Source: Octopus vulgaris
Taxonomy: Eukaryota
Reading direction: 5' to 3'
NCBI GenBank assembly: GCA_951406725.2
Contig: OX597833.1
Location: 27,900,001 to 27,964,000, forward strand
Length of the DNA: 64,000 bases
Under the pieces are notes generated by a model. That model saw only the letters and a program-made list of their open reading frames with translations. It had not been told where the DNA came from and did not search any database. Shown piece after piece: positions 30,130 to 42,931 of this stretch. A program made the translations under genes and the position numbers. The stretch's first letter is position 1. Each line of letters opens with the position of its first letter.

Positions 30130-31429
30130 TAATATATATATACATACATACATACATACATATACATACACCCACACACATACATATATACATACATATA
30201 CCAAGTCCACTCACAAGGCTTTGGTTGGCCCGAGGCTATAGTAGAAGACTCTTACCCAAGGTGTCACACAGTGGGGCTGAACCAGAACTATGTGGTGGGA
30301 AGCAAGCTTCTTAACACAGCGGAAGTTCAAAATTGTCTATCTTCAGTCCTTTCGGCCTTGTTCACTGGGAGATCTGGACCAATCCAGACCCCGAGCAATT
30401 GATGTTGGTGTTATGCTGTTGCTGTCTTGACGATTTATGATGCGGTTGTAGTTGTCATTGTTACTATTGCTAACAGTAATCCAGAGTAGTGTCATTGTAG
30501 CTTTTGGATGTCAGCAACAATGAGGGGAAACAGCAGAGCTTTCAGACCAGTGCTTGTTTACACTTGAACAGGAATCGGACAATCGACTTTCTTTGTACGC
30601 CTCGAGACTTTTCTAGGATCATCTTACTGATTAGTGTTTTTAGGTGATTGAAATACGATCTCGGACGCACGCAAAGATCAGCTTCGAGTAGGTAATAGGA
30701 GAGTTGGTTGTGCAAGCCTCAAAAGCCTTCTCAAGCACTTCCGACTGCTTGACAAGCTTCGCCAGGCATCGCACGCGGTCAAGTTGCAGTGAGTCATCCA
30801 GGTTATAAATGAAGAACCATGTCGGTGACGTTGTACACATATTCTGACACGGCTTTCTTGCGTCTCAGTTTGAAGGGCTTAGCCCTCTACACTTTTAGCT
30901 TCTGGATCCTAGAACTAGTTGGTGTCTTCAAGAATCCTCCCAGTTTTCTACACAGCAGCTGCAAACAGCATCATCTCTTGAGTCTGTTATTTTCGTTACT
31001 GCTTCTGCTCTTGTCGCCCTCTAGCTTCCTCCTTATTCTGCTTTTGCAGTTCCGAAAGAAAGTCCTTAAGTGTTCCTCACACATATGTAGCAACTTCGTT
31101 TTCTGCCCTACACCACCAGTCGGATCGATCTCCTCTCTGCTCTTCAATGGGGAGTAGCTTCGGATCATCTAGTATTCCTCGTGAGATCATCAGGACCGGG
31201 ATGTTTACGTGAACTTCACTCAACCTGGTGTTATAAAGGACACCGAGCAATACACTTTTGTGCTACAAGTGGTGCTGCTGCTGCTGATGCTGCTGTTTAA
31301 GTTTGCTCTTTTGCACCATTTTCTCTCATTTTGTGTTTTCCATCTTGTAACTGTTTTTATATGTGTAACTATTTATTGAACAGTCATTTCTTTTTATTCT
31401 CATCTGTTTATGGGCTTTCAAACATTTAG

Positions 31430-31710
31430 ACGGGGAGGGGCGGGATTCCTATTCATTACTGCCATCATTTGTGGCTAGCACCGCTCACGTGCTGTTATAC
31501 ACGCGTCCATTTTGAATCACCAATAAACAAAGCAAAACACATTTGTGTGCATAATGTATACAATAAAATATCTGAGGACGAATCAGTTTTCTTGTTTTTT
31601 TGTTCTTTTTTTATGGTTTTAATCTCACGAAGTCAGGATGAACGTCAAATTATTGGGAAAAAAGAAGTTATCTTTTATGTTTTTGCTTTTCTTTTCTTTT
31701 TATTGTGAGT
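31430..31710 (+). promoter_or_regulatory. Candidate Bsx promoter / non-coding first exon
   Basis: Repeat-free island with a GC box (GGGCGGG), E-box CACGTG, CCAAT and forkhead-like TAAACAAA. Possible donor GTGAGT at 31705; acceptor-like TTTCAG ends at 32601, just upstream of the ATG. Motif inference only. Confidence 0.35.
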
Positions 31711-32491
31711 AATCTAGAAAGAAAATATTTTTAAAGCAAAGTTTTGTGAAAAATAATCGTTCACGTAAAACAATGACGACGACAAAATCAGCAACGAAAA
31801 ACAGTTACAACAACAACTTCTGGTTTTAAACACAAGGAGGGGATTAGCTGACACAATCGACCTCAGTGCTTCACTGGTACTTTATTTTATGGACTCTGAA
31901 AGTTGATCTCAGCGGGATTTGAAATCAAAATATAAAGAGCCGGAACAAATACCGCAAGCTATTTTTCTGACACTCTAGCGATTCTTTCAGCTCGTCGCGT
32001 TAACAATAACAACAATAACGAAGATAATATTTCCTACTATAGGCACAAAGCCTGAAATTTGGGATAGGGGCTAGTCGATTAGATTGATTCCAGCACTTGA
32101 ATAGTACTTATTTTGTCGACCCCGAAAGGTTGAAAGACAACGTCGGTCTCGGCGAAATTTGAACTCAAAACATAAAGACGAAATGCTACTAACCATTTCG
32201 GCCGGCCTGCTAACGATTCTGCCAGCTCGTCGCCTTAATAATAACAATAATAATCCTTTTTACTTAAGGCACAAGGTCTGAAATTTTGAAGGGGAGGAGT
32301 AGTCGATTACATGGACGCCTGTATTTCACTGGTATTTAATTTATCGACTCCAAAAGGATGAAGAGAAAGGTCGACCTTGGCGGAATTTGAACTCAGAACA
32401 TAGCGACGGGTGAAATACCGCTAAGCATTTCGTCCAGCGAATAACTAACGATTCCTCCGGCACACCGCCTTAAATTATGATAATAATGATA

Positions 32492-32577
<86 letters not shown>

Positions 32578-32610
32578 TAGCAATGTGCTGTGTCATTTCA
32601 GAGAGCTCCA

Positions 32611-32926
32611 ATGATGAACCTAAGTTCCTATTCCGACCCACACAACAACCGACATACATCGTTCTTCATAGAGGATATTCTATTGAACAAACCAAAGCGT
32701 CTGCAGGTTCGAGATTACCAGAATTTGGGATTGGGTCGGTCACATTTCTCGGACTATGGTACGGCGGCAGCAGCAGCGGCGGCGGCAGCAGCAGCTTACC
32801 CATATTCAGTACATCATGCTGCGGCCGCCGCTGCTGCTCTGTTACCGCACCAAGTGATCGCTGCACAGAACCAACTTTATATACCGCGGGCCGCAACTGA
32901 GCAGAGTTTCTTGGTTCCTACAACAG
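32611..32926 (+). CDS. Bsx: Brain-specific homeobox protein, coding exon 1
   Basis: Reads MMNLSSYSDPHNNRHTSFFIEDILLNKP...; TSFFIEDILL is the eh1/TN motif of BSX proteins. Contains poly-Ala tracts (A11, A7). Ends at a phase-1 donor CAG|GTAAGT (GT at 32927). Confidence 0.93.
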
Positions 32927-33135
32927 GTAAGTGTAAGCTGAGCAATAGAGAGACGCCATTGGTCTCTCTGTTAGATGTTTCCTTGTCTGATTTTACTTAT
33001 AAAGATGTCTAAATATATTTATATATATTTAGGCATTTTTATACAGACACACACACACATAAATAAATACATGCATACATACATACATACATACATACAT
33101 ACATGCATGCATGCATGCATGCATACATACATACA

Positions 33136-33207
<72 letters not shown>

Positions 33208-33814
33208 CTTTGTGAGTTGATTTGGTGGACGGAAAGAAGCCCGTCATATGTGTGTGGACGTGTGTTTTTGTGCTCGTACTTGTCACTTCATCCACCACTT
33301 GACAACCAGCGTTGGTGTGTTTACGTCCCGGTAACTTAGCGGTTCGGCAAAGGAAATCCGATTGAATATGTACCAGGCTTTAAAAATATAAGTCCTGGTG
33401 TAGATTCATTCGACCAAAAATACTTCAAGACGGTGCCCCAGCATGGCCACAGTCTGACTGAAACAGGTAAATGATATAAACACACACACACATACACGTG
33501 TGTGTGTGTGTGTGTGTGTATTCTTTAACAAGAATAGTATTGACATTGATTTTGAAGTTTCGGCCAGTTAAGCTGTCATTGGACAGTTGTGCATTTGTTC
33601 ATTTAAGTTCATCCTGGTTTTGTGTAGTCTTTGTTAAGATAAAAATTTTCCAAGGATAACTGAGCTCTGTTGAATGGTAATTATGCTGTGTGGAAGTTAC
33701 CCAAATTTAATTAATAAAGGAATTCTTAATACTGTCTAGCCTCAATTTAATGTAAAATTGGTTGTTATTATAACGTAAAAACATCTATACACACAGGTGT
33801 GTGTGTGTGAGTGT

Positions 33815-33888
<74 letters not shown>

Positions 33889-33897
33889 GGATAGATG

Positions 33898-33986
<89 letters not shown>

Positions 33987-34363
33987 CTATAGATATCGAT
34001 ATATGACTGGGTATGTATGAATAAAAACGTATGCATGTATATACGTATGTTTATATACAAAAAAAACATTTGTATAAGAGTAAGAAATTGTTAAGACGTC
34101 ACAAGACCTGTAGAGATTCGTCACATTTATTGGTAGACACAGGTTTCGTGAGCGTCAGTCTGATAATAATTACTGGTATCTTTATATTATATTATATATG
34201 TAAAGTATAATATGTTATACATGTATGTATTTTGTTGTAATTGTCATTTTGGTAAATAAATAAATAAATAAATTGACATAATATAATGCCTAAAAAAATG
34301 TTGAATACCACCTATTAATCCCCTCCATTTTCTTATTGCTGTATATATATATATATATATAAA

Positions 34364-35654
34364 TAGGGTCCAGCAAAAAATTTATACTCGCTTCAGAGAA
34401 AGAAAAACGTGTAGAAATATTTTAATACTGAGTTTATTCAAGCATCACGGTATTAACACAAGTTACATTTAACCTTTTTTGCCTTTTCGCGGTGCTTTTT
34501 CAGTGTGGCTAGCTTTTAAGATCTCTTTCTTTTTTTCATTTCAATGAATAATTTTCAAAAATTTTTTTCATTTTAAAAATATCATATTTTTTACCCTTGG
34601 TTGAGGTTTGATACTGAAAAAGTTAGGTTGGACTTGGTCAGTTGTTGACGTATGAAATAGTCAATGTTCATTGCTTTGAGATTTTAAATAATTGAATCTT
34701 TCTAAGGACATGTTGATGTTATTGTAAACAGCTGTGACAAAATGGTAGAGGGAGATTGTCGTTTAAGGGACGTAAATCCTTTTTTAAAGTGGTCTTACAA
34801 ATTTGAGAATGTTCCTTTTAAAGTTCAACGGCAATGGCGACGCGAGTTTGGAACCTTCAACATGCCTGACAATTTCATGAGCTCGTGATGAGTTCGAAAC
34901 ACATGGTACTCTGTGTGATGTGCAGTAGGGAAAATCCAGTAGATTTCGTACAGTTACAATTGCTGCTTCCTCGGTTATGGTGTTGGAACATTTCACACGC
35001 TCGCGGCAGACGTCTACTGAACAATATAGATGTTAGTACAAATTACAGCGTATTCTTAAAAGAGCTAAGTTGAAACTTTACATATTAATATTATTCCATG
35101 TACTTGACGAAGAAATGAGTTTTGTGAGCGATTTCAACACATAATTGACAAGAATTAAGAGTTTGTGAGGCGAATTGTGTTGTCTGGCAATTACTGGGTA
35201 CCAGAAAATATTTGCTTATATGTGGATAAAGAAGTCAATACATCGGGAGTCAGTATCTGGTGTGGAGTGTCAGCAAGAGGTTTAATAGGACCATTTTTCT
35301 TTTGACGGTACTGTTACTAGTCAAGTGTACTTAGACATCTTACGCACGTCCATCTTACCTGCCATACATGCACTTTATGGAAATGATGAACTTTCCTTTC
35401 AACAAGACGGCGCACCTCCACACCACTGCCGAGACCTGTGTGCAGCAATCCCACTGGACACTTTGACCAACATCGCCCAAGAAGCAGCTCGTCGTGCAGA
35501 TAAATGTCTTGAAGCTAATGGTCACCACTTTGAGCACCTATTGTAGAAATTTAAGATAACTTGTATTGATCCCGTGATGTCTAAATACATTTAGTATTAA
35601 AATATTTCTACACATTTTGCATTTCTTGCAGGGAGTATAGATTTTTTTTGACGA

Positions 35655-35660
<6 letters not shown>
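34364..35660 (+). mobile_element. Decayed Tc1-like DNA transposon (Bsx intron 1)
   Basis: About 100-bp imperfect TIRs; transposase remnants FQQDGAPPH and KCLEANGHHFEHLL. Confidence 0.8.
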
Positions 35661-35700
<40 letters not shown>

Positions 35701-35807
35701 TGTGTCTGTGTGTCTGTGTATGTGTGTGTATGTGTGTGTATGTGTGTGTGTGCGTGTGTATTATGTATGTATATACCTCTGTACGCACGTTCGTGCTTAT
35801 GCATACA

Positions 35808-37473
35808 CAGATACACAATTTCTTATCTGAAATTCCTAAAACTGAAAGTTTTTTCACAGACGTTGTCTGCCCTCCAATGCTCGCACTTGGCACTAAATAT
35901 GACCAGATACGTCCCACACTCAACCCCCATCGTTTGTGTCTCAGCGCTCTTCCTTTTATATGTGCCTCTGATGCACGTTGATCTCTTTTTAATGTTTTGT
36001 GATTTTTATAACGTTGAGGACTGTGAAAATTTTCCTGTAGTTTCCTGTAAGTAAAAGTGGGGCGTCTTATATAGTCGATAGCACTGAAAACAGAGTTACC
36101 GTAGAAGTTTGATCATGGTGTAACTGAGCGGTGTTTTACAGAAGATTTTGGTGCGGGAATTACCTCAGGATATGATGACATAAAGAAGCAGAGATTAGTT
36201 GTTGAAGTTTTGCCGTGATAGTGATGGATAGAAGATAATGAAAAATCAGAAAACATTGCATAGGGAAAACATTGAAGATCTTGACCCTGTGCTGAACTGC
36301 ATGTTTGATACTGCTGACAGAGTTTTAAGGATACTATTTATGTATATGTTAATGCTGAGAAAAAAAAAGAGATTACTAAATCAACATTAAAGCATACTCG
36401 GCACAAACTTGACCTACGACTTTGTTCGAAAAGAATGAACCTTTAGATGAAGAATTCTATGAGACTAGCGAGAAGATATCATATTTCATTGCCTATGCCA
36501 AAAATGTGTCCACTGAATATGTAACTAATTTAGAGGCAGCAGATCGAAGAAGTGCTGAACATCGACACTGATGAACTAGTGCATTCCTTGAGTAATGAAG
36601 AAATAACTAAAATGGTGTTGAATGAAGTACGAGATTAGTTGTGATGATGCTTATGACATTGCGAAAAGAAGTGAAAAAATTCCCATAGAGAATATGGTGA
36701 AAATGTGTGATTAGTTAATTGCTGGCATAAAACTAGGTGACTATATTAATGAGCGTGAGGCTATGGCGATTTACTCAATTAAAGATCGACATTGCTTAGA
36801 CAGAAATCTATGTTAATGTGACAGATGACACTGGAAGAACTCTTTTAAAATGTTGTCTCTCGTGGTTCTGCTGAACTTGAGATTCCAGTTCCTGTCTGTC
36901 CATCAAAGGTTTAATACCAACTTGAAGATGACGGTAACCATGACAGTGATGACGACATTCATGTTACCCCTTCTCAAGAATATTCATGCTAGGTGTAATA
37001 TACATTTGCTACAAGCTTACATAAATATGTTTGGCTTAATTTGAGCTTGTTCGTGTTTTATTCCCATTCATTTACCAGTTTATTACTATACAAATAAATT
37101 ATATTATTCAAAGTCTCTATCCCACTCAGCGTAAATATTCATAACACTAGGCGTTTGGTACGTAGGTGTTTTGTTAAATGTGTAGTTTTACATCATCCTA
37201 ATCTAACCAGTGATATTTTCTTCAAAATTCTGCTAAGTTAGCAAAACTTTCAACATGCCCTACTCACCAAGACCTACAAATACTTTAAATGCACTGTAAT
37301 AGTATCCTCTATGGTCTGAAAAGTTAAGGTCAACTTATGATCGACACATACAAATCAGAATTTTGCTTACAGAGTTGGTGGGCATACTGTGCTACCATTT
37401 CCAAATTCCGAACAATTCAAAATTTCGAAATATACCGTGTCCCAAGGGTTTCAGATAAGAGATTGTGTATCAG
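35808..37473 (+). mobile_element. Decayed pogo/Tigger-like DNA transposon (Bsx intron 1)
   Basis: TIRs CAGATACACAATTTCTTATCTGAAA / TTTCAGATAAGAGATTGTGTATCAG. Broken coding remnants resemble the CENP-B-type HTH and Tigger C-terminus (RKTLHRENIEDLDPVL; QMTLEELF). Confidence 0.65.
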
Positions 37474-37890
37474 TGTGTGTGTGTGTGTGAGTGAAAGTCT
37501 ATGAGAATTACCTAATAAGTTTTGAAGTTTAAAGGTAATGTTATTTTTTTAAATTGTTTTTTAAAAATGTTTCCTAGTATGTGGGCGCTTTATATATATA
37601 TCTATGTATGTATGTATGTATATATATATATATATAAAAATAGTAATGCAATAAGAGAGTATTGCTTTCCAGTAAAGAATAGCCCGTGAGGGAAAATTAT
37701 ACATAGAAGTAAATATATGGCACAACGAAGTACCGATATTTACTGGAAAATAGCGAACGTAATAAATACGACGCTAATGTATAGCTTCACCGCGTATGTA
37801 CCAGCAAAAATGCGTGTGTGCAACAAACTTGAAAAAATTGTCTTACCTCCAGGGAGAACATCTGAAAGATGAAATACCTAGATAGGGATA

Positions 37891-37963
37891 ATGTGGGACC
37901 GGTTTCAGATTTTTCAAGATATGTCTGCACACATATACTTGATTTATCTTCATCAGCCAACAT
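37891..37963 (-). ncRNA. Mirror copy of the hammerhead ribozyme on the minus strand
   Basis: Exact reverse complement of 38086-38158, in the left arm of the palindrome. Confidence 0.85.
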
Positions 37964-38085
37964 ATACCCGACAACATTTCAGATGTTGCCACATCAATGC
38001 CAATACACTCGTTCTGTCAGCGTTTTGGCGTTTCAGTCGAGTGTATTGGCATTGATGTGGCAACATCTGAAATGTTGTCGGGTAT

Positions 38086-38158
38086 ATGTTGGCTGATGAA
38101 GATAAATCAAGTATATGTGTGCAGACATATCTTGAAAAATCTGAAACCGGTCCCACAT
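38086..38158 (+). ncRNA. Minimal type-I hammerhead ribozyme (Penelope-type), intact core
   Basis: Helix I ATGT(T)GG/CCACAT; CTGATGA 38093-38099; helix II AGAT/ATCT extended by TCAAG-ATATGT/ACATAT-CTTGA; GAAA 38143-38146; palindromic helix III ACCGGT; predicted cleavage after GTC (38152). Confidence 0.85.
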
Positions 38159-38543
38159 TATCCCTATCTAGGTATTTCATCTTTCAGATGTTCTCCCTGG
38201 AGGTAAGACAATTTTTTTCAAGTTTGTTGCACACACGCATTTTTGCTGGTACATACGCGGTGAAGCTATATATTAGCGTCGTATTTATTACGTTCGCTAT
38301 TTTCCAGTAAATATCGGTACTTCGTTGTGCCATATATTTACTTATATATATACTTTTAGTTGAGCAAATCTTTTAGTTGAGCAAATCGACCCGAGAGCTT
38401 CTTCTGTGTAAGCCTAGTACTTATTCTATCTGTCTCTTTTGCCGAACCGCTAAGTTACGGGACGTAAACACATCATAATCGGTTGTCAAGCGATGCTGGG
38501 GGGACAAACACAGACACACAAACATATACACACATACATACAC

Positions 38544-38605
<62 letters not shown>

Positions 38606-40431
38606 GACGGGCTTCTTCCAGTTTCCGTCTACAAAATCTACTCACAAGGCTTTGGTCGGCCCGAGGCTATAGTAGAAGACACTTGCCCAAGGTGCTACGC
38701 AGTGGGACTGAACCCATGATAAGCAAGCTACTTACCACACAGCCACTCCTGTACATGCATATTTCAGGAGTTATAGCACCTTCTACAGCATTACATGGTT
38801 AATGGATTCAGTAACAATCCACGAAAACATTGTTTAAATAGCTACCAGATATAACATAGCTGGGTGGGCGGTAGGGGCGGCCCGCCTAGGCAACACTTTT
38901 AAAGAGGCGGCACTTTTGGGTCTGCTGTAATCAATATGTGTTTTTTCATGGAGTCCGAGAGCAGCAAACGGAAGGGCCGCCCTGGATAGCACACACTCTA
39001 GCTACGCTAGTGGGTGTAACACAACTGGATTTTACAAAATGAAACACATTCCTGGCAACTGGTGCGAACATATTAATTGCTGGCTGGAACGCCGTATTCC
39101 ATTATGTAACCATAATATACCAAGTAAATTAATGGCTTATCAGTCAATACTGTACCCCACCTGTGTTAGTGGTGGAATTAAATCATTTTTTAAAAGTTAT
39201 TTCTATAGTTTTGTATTGAAATTACAGCCAGTGCTGAAAGTTACGACGTTTCGTAAACGAATACGTCCATGTAAGCAATGTGCTCGAAGACAGAAACATA
39301 GGTAACGGATGTACATGCACATTTCAGTTCTTACTCCTTCTTCAGCACCACATCCAACCCATTAACCATCCAGTAGCTCATTGCTTAAACAGCCATTCAA
39401 TTTAACGGTGTGATACAATTGGATATACCAATTTTACGCATTGGTTTCAAATTTTGTCACAAGGCCAGAAATTCCGGGAAGGGGTTAAGTCGATTACATT
39501 GATCCCAGTGCTCGACTGGTACTAATTTTATCGATCTCGAAAGGTTGAAAGGAAAAGTCGGCGTTGCCAGAATTTTAATTCAGAACCTAAAAACGGACGA
39601 AATGCGGCAAAGCCTTTTTTTCCGGTTTACTAACGATACTGCTAGCTCAACACCCGACTAATTTTACATATTAAACACATTCCTAGCACTACTACCATCA
39701 AAACACCCTCTCGCCGCTACCTTCACAACTGCTACCATAACAATTACAAAAATACCATCATCCTTGGCCACCAACACCGCCAATCCCACCACATCCATTA
39801 AAACTACCACCTTGGCAATCGTCACAAGTATCACCAATGACCATCACCACCACCTCCAAAACCATCATTGCTACTACAACCGGTAATGCCACGAGCGGTC
39901 ATCTATATAGTCACACAGCAAGCTAGAAATATCAACCAAATCTCCACAAATCACTCTTTACTCTGAAAAATATATGGAACGACACATTAAATATTGTTTA
40001 TCTCCACTTAAACGTGGATGTTCTGTTAAAACAAACTATACTGCGGTAGATGCCATGAGAGAAACTCCCGTATTGGCTTTTGGTGCAAAATGCACTCTTT
40101 TTTATATCGCTAGTGGGGATATAAATCTCCACCCGCTCCAACGTAATGACCGATATAACCTTAAATATACGGGTGGTTACGGATGGAACGCCTTTGAATT
40201 TACTTCTGCTCTGTCACGGCGGATCAGGGATTAAACAGCAACATTAACTCATCACAACGACGACCACTACTAATACCACCATCTCTACTATCACTGCCAC
40301 CATCACCATCATCACAACCACAACCATCACCGTTATCTAATTGATATTCTTTCTCACTCTCTCTCTCTCTCTCTTTTCTCTTTCTCACTCTCTCTCTCTC
40401 TTTTCTCTTTCTCCTCCTCCTACCACTACAG

Positions 40432-40619
40432 GGTTCCCGTTGCCGCCATTATTCCAACATGACGTAAACGGAGGAAAACAGTGTAGACGGAGGAAAGCTA
40501 GGACTGTCTTCAGTGACCAGCAGCTGAATGGCCTGGAGAAGAGGTTCGAAGCCCAGCGGTACCTGTCCACACCAGAGAGAGTGGAACTCGCTTCGCAGCT
40601 CAGTTTGTCGGAAACCCAG
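40432..40619 (+). CDS. Bsx: Brain-specific homeobox protein, coding exon 2 (homeodomain residues 1-44)
   Basis: Long polypyrimidine tract then CTACAG| acceptor; phase 1 matches exon 1 (G+GG=Gly). Encodes [62 protein letters not shown]. Phase-0 donor CAG|GTATGT. Confidence 0.96.
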
Positions 40620-40627
40620 GTATGTTT

Positions 40628-40698
<71 letters not shown>

Positions 40699-40760
40699 TA
40701 TCATCATTATCATCATCATCATCATCATCATCATCCTCATCATCATCATCATCATCATCA
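40628..40760. repeat. (ATC)n microsatellite just inside Bsx intron 2
   Basis: Starts about 8 nt into the intron, after the exon 2 donor. Confidence 0.95.
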
Positions 40761-42610
40761 CCAACACCTCCACCATCACTACCATCATCGTCATTGCTAT
40801 CATCTTCATTATCGAAACTATCACCACTACCAACACCAGCATCATCATCTTTATTATTCCTAACCTTACCTATAATTCTATTATATACCAACTAAACGAC
40901 AACAACAATATCAACAATATAGTCCTGCGTCACTCTGCGCACAAGAAAAGCGACGAGATGGTCACGGTTGGAATATCTTTGATCATAGGTCTGCTCATTT
41001 AGTGCAGACTTGAGGCAAAACAACAACAGTAACAACACTGCGATCCAACGAGTAAGCGTCTATGTAGCTGCTTGATCAGTTAGAAATAGCAGTCAACACC
41101 CTCTCAAATTACACATAGTAATGGTGCCTTAGATATACAATGTCTGGATAAAAGGCGAGATAGACATGGCTGTAATACTTTTGTCCACGGGTTTACTAGG
41201 TCAGGGTTGACCAGGAGCTAAACAACTACAACGGTACCACTACGCAACAACATTGTATATAAATACAAGTGAAAACACTACACTATGCTCAATACAATAA
41301 AACACTACCACCACCGCTATACATACTCCACTACTACAATATAACCCTACGGATTATACAAAATCAGTAATACCTAATACAAGACTACCAACAATGCTAC
41401 TACATCTACCACCTCCTACCCCAAATGATCCAATCGGTGAACCTCTATGCGCTCATTCGATCTACTAAAACTAATGGCTACCGTCTTAAAGAGAATCTTA
41501 TTGTTAAACTCAATATTACATATCCTAGAAAGACGAGACGATCAGAACTGGAATGGCGGTTGAACGGGGGTAAGTCACCAAAAACACCAATTTTCTCCCA
41601 CTGCATACATAAATGGATAAATAGAAAAGGACAAAATTCTTAGACACCAACTTAAAACACCAGAAAATTTACACAAATAAAAACACAGTTCTAAAATGTC
41701 ACCTTAACTCACTCCAAATCACAATATCCAGCAACAACCGACGTAGCAAGTGTACACACTACAACATTAAAATTACGTAACCATACTGACACGTTTATAC
41801 CAAATTGACACGTTTCATCATCAGGCATTGCAAAAACTCACCAAACAATTAACTTATAAGCCATTAATTATAAATTATACGTTGATACGATAGAACAAAC
41901 CAAACTATGCTGTGGGCCTCATAAGTTATATAAACTTTTACATTTTGTACATAGCAAAAACCACCTTAGAATCTTATGGATCACAACATTATACTGGAAA
42001 TGCCAAAAGTCAACAAAGACGCAAGCATCATGAATGACATTAATATAATAAACATAGAGATACCAGCATCAACCTTACCAAATATCTCACGAGGCTAAGA
42101 TGTATGATAACCGAACATATTCACAAATATCATTACTAGGAATGACTCCAATGCAAACAACACATCCTGGTGTTAAAACAAAACTGACAACATATGAGTG
42201 ACATTTTATCTAGGATTCGATTATTTTTAGATTCTAAACATAATAACCTCAAATAACATTACCCAACATCCCGACAGGAAGCAAACACCTTATCAGACAG
42301 TCTTCTAACATCAGGCCAATGTTCTACCTCACTCCAACCAAACCATGTAAAAACAAAATCCTGAAACCCTTCAAACCAAGATTCGTTGAGCCCGAAAAAG
42401 TAGTCAATATGGGCACAATTGGGATGTCTCTTATGAAAAGTCGGTTCGAATCAGGACTGTTCATGGTTAACAACAAATAACAAGTATCACTAACACACTA
42501 CAAAACCAACACTATCACCACTAAAAAAAACTAGCTCTTCCCACTTTACCCCCATCATTCTTCATCACATCTATCACCATCCTTATTAGTTTCTGTGTTG
42601 TTGTTTGCAG

Positions 42611-42931
42611 GTGAAAACATGGTTCCAGAACAGGAGAATGAAACACAAAAAGATGCAGAGAAAAGTGCACGAGGATCACGAGATGCGCAAAACTTCGAAA
42701 TCAACAGAACCGGGTAACCACACGGCTACATCGAGTTGCAACCGGAAGCAGTCGGGTCTCGATGACTTGACATTGGTTTCGGTGGATGCTGAAGTGGACG
42801 TTGATTCGGAAATGGATAGTTCCCGGGAACTCAGCCACCATGGGGATCCTTGTTCAGACATTGATACCGTTGAAATCAACGTAGTGGACACGGACGCAGC
42901 TCGCTACCGGAGAGCCCTCTTAAATAGCTGA
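42611..42931 (+). CDS. Bsx: Brain-specific homeobox protein, coding exon 3 (homeodomain helix 3 and acidic C-terminus)
   Basis: Acceptor TTTGCAG|; reads VKTWFQNRRMKHKKMQ... to TGA at 42929-42931. The joined homeodomain is nearly identical to BSX/bsh (T47, Q50; intron between residues 44 and 45). Spliced CDS is 825 nt = 274 aa. Confidence 0.96.
   Translation: MKTWFQNRRMKHKKMQRKVHEDHEMRKTSKSTEPGNHTATSSCNRKQSGLDDLTLVSVDAEVDVDSEMDSSRELSHHGDPCSDIDTVEINVVDTDAARYRRALLNS

Larger units (their letters stand above)
37707..38343. repeat. Near-perfect long inverted repeat (arms about 305/306 bp, 26-nt spacer), Penelope-derived fold-back
   Basis: 37707-38011 is the reverse complement of 38038-38343, with one substitution and one 1-nt indel seen by eye. 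(TA)n lies at 37620-37636 and just after 38343. Confidence 0.95.

Noticed and set aside
37869-38180. Two near-identical 75-aa ORFs on opposite strands
   Set aside because: A by-product of the palindrome; no recognisable protein.
40620-40895. Poly-Ser extension of the homeodomain ORF
   Set aside because: Intronic (ATC)n read-through past a canonical donor; helix 3 continues at 42611.
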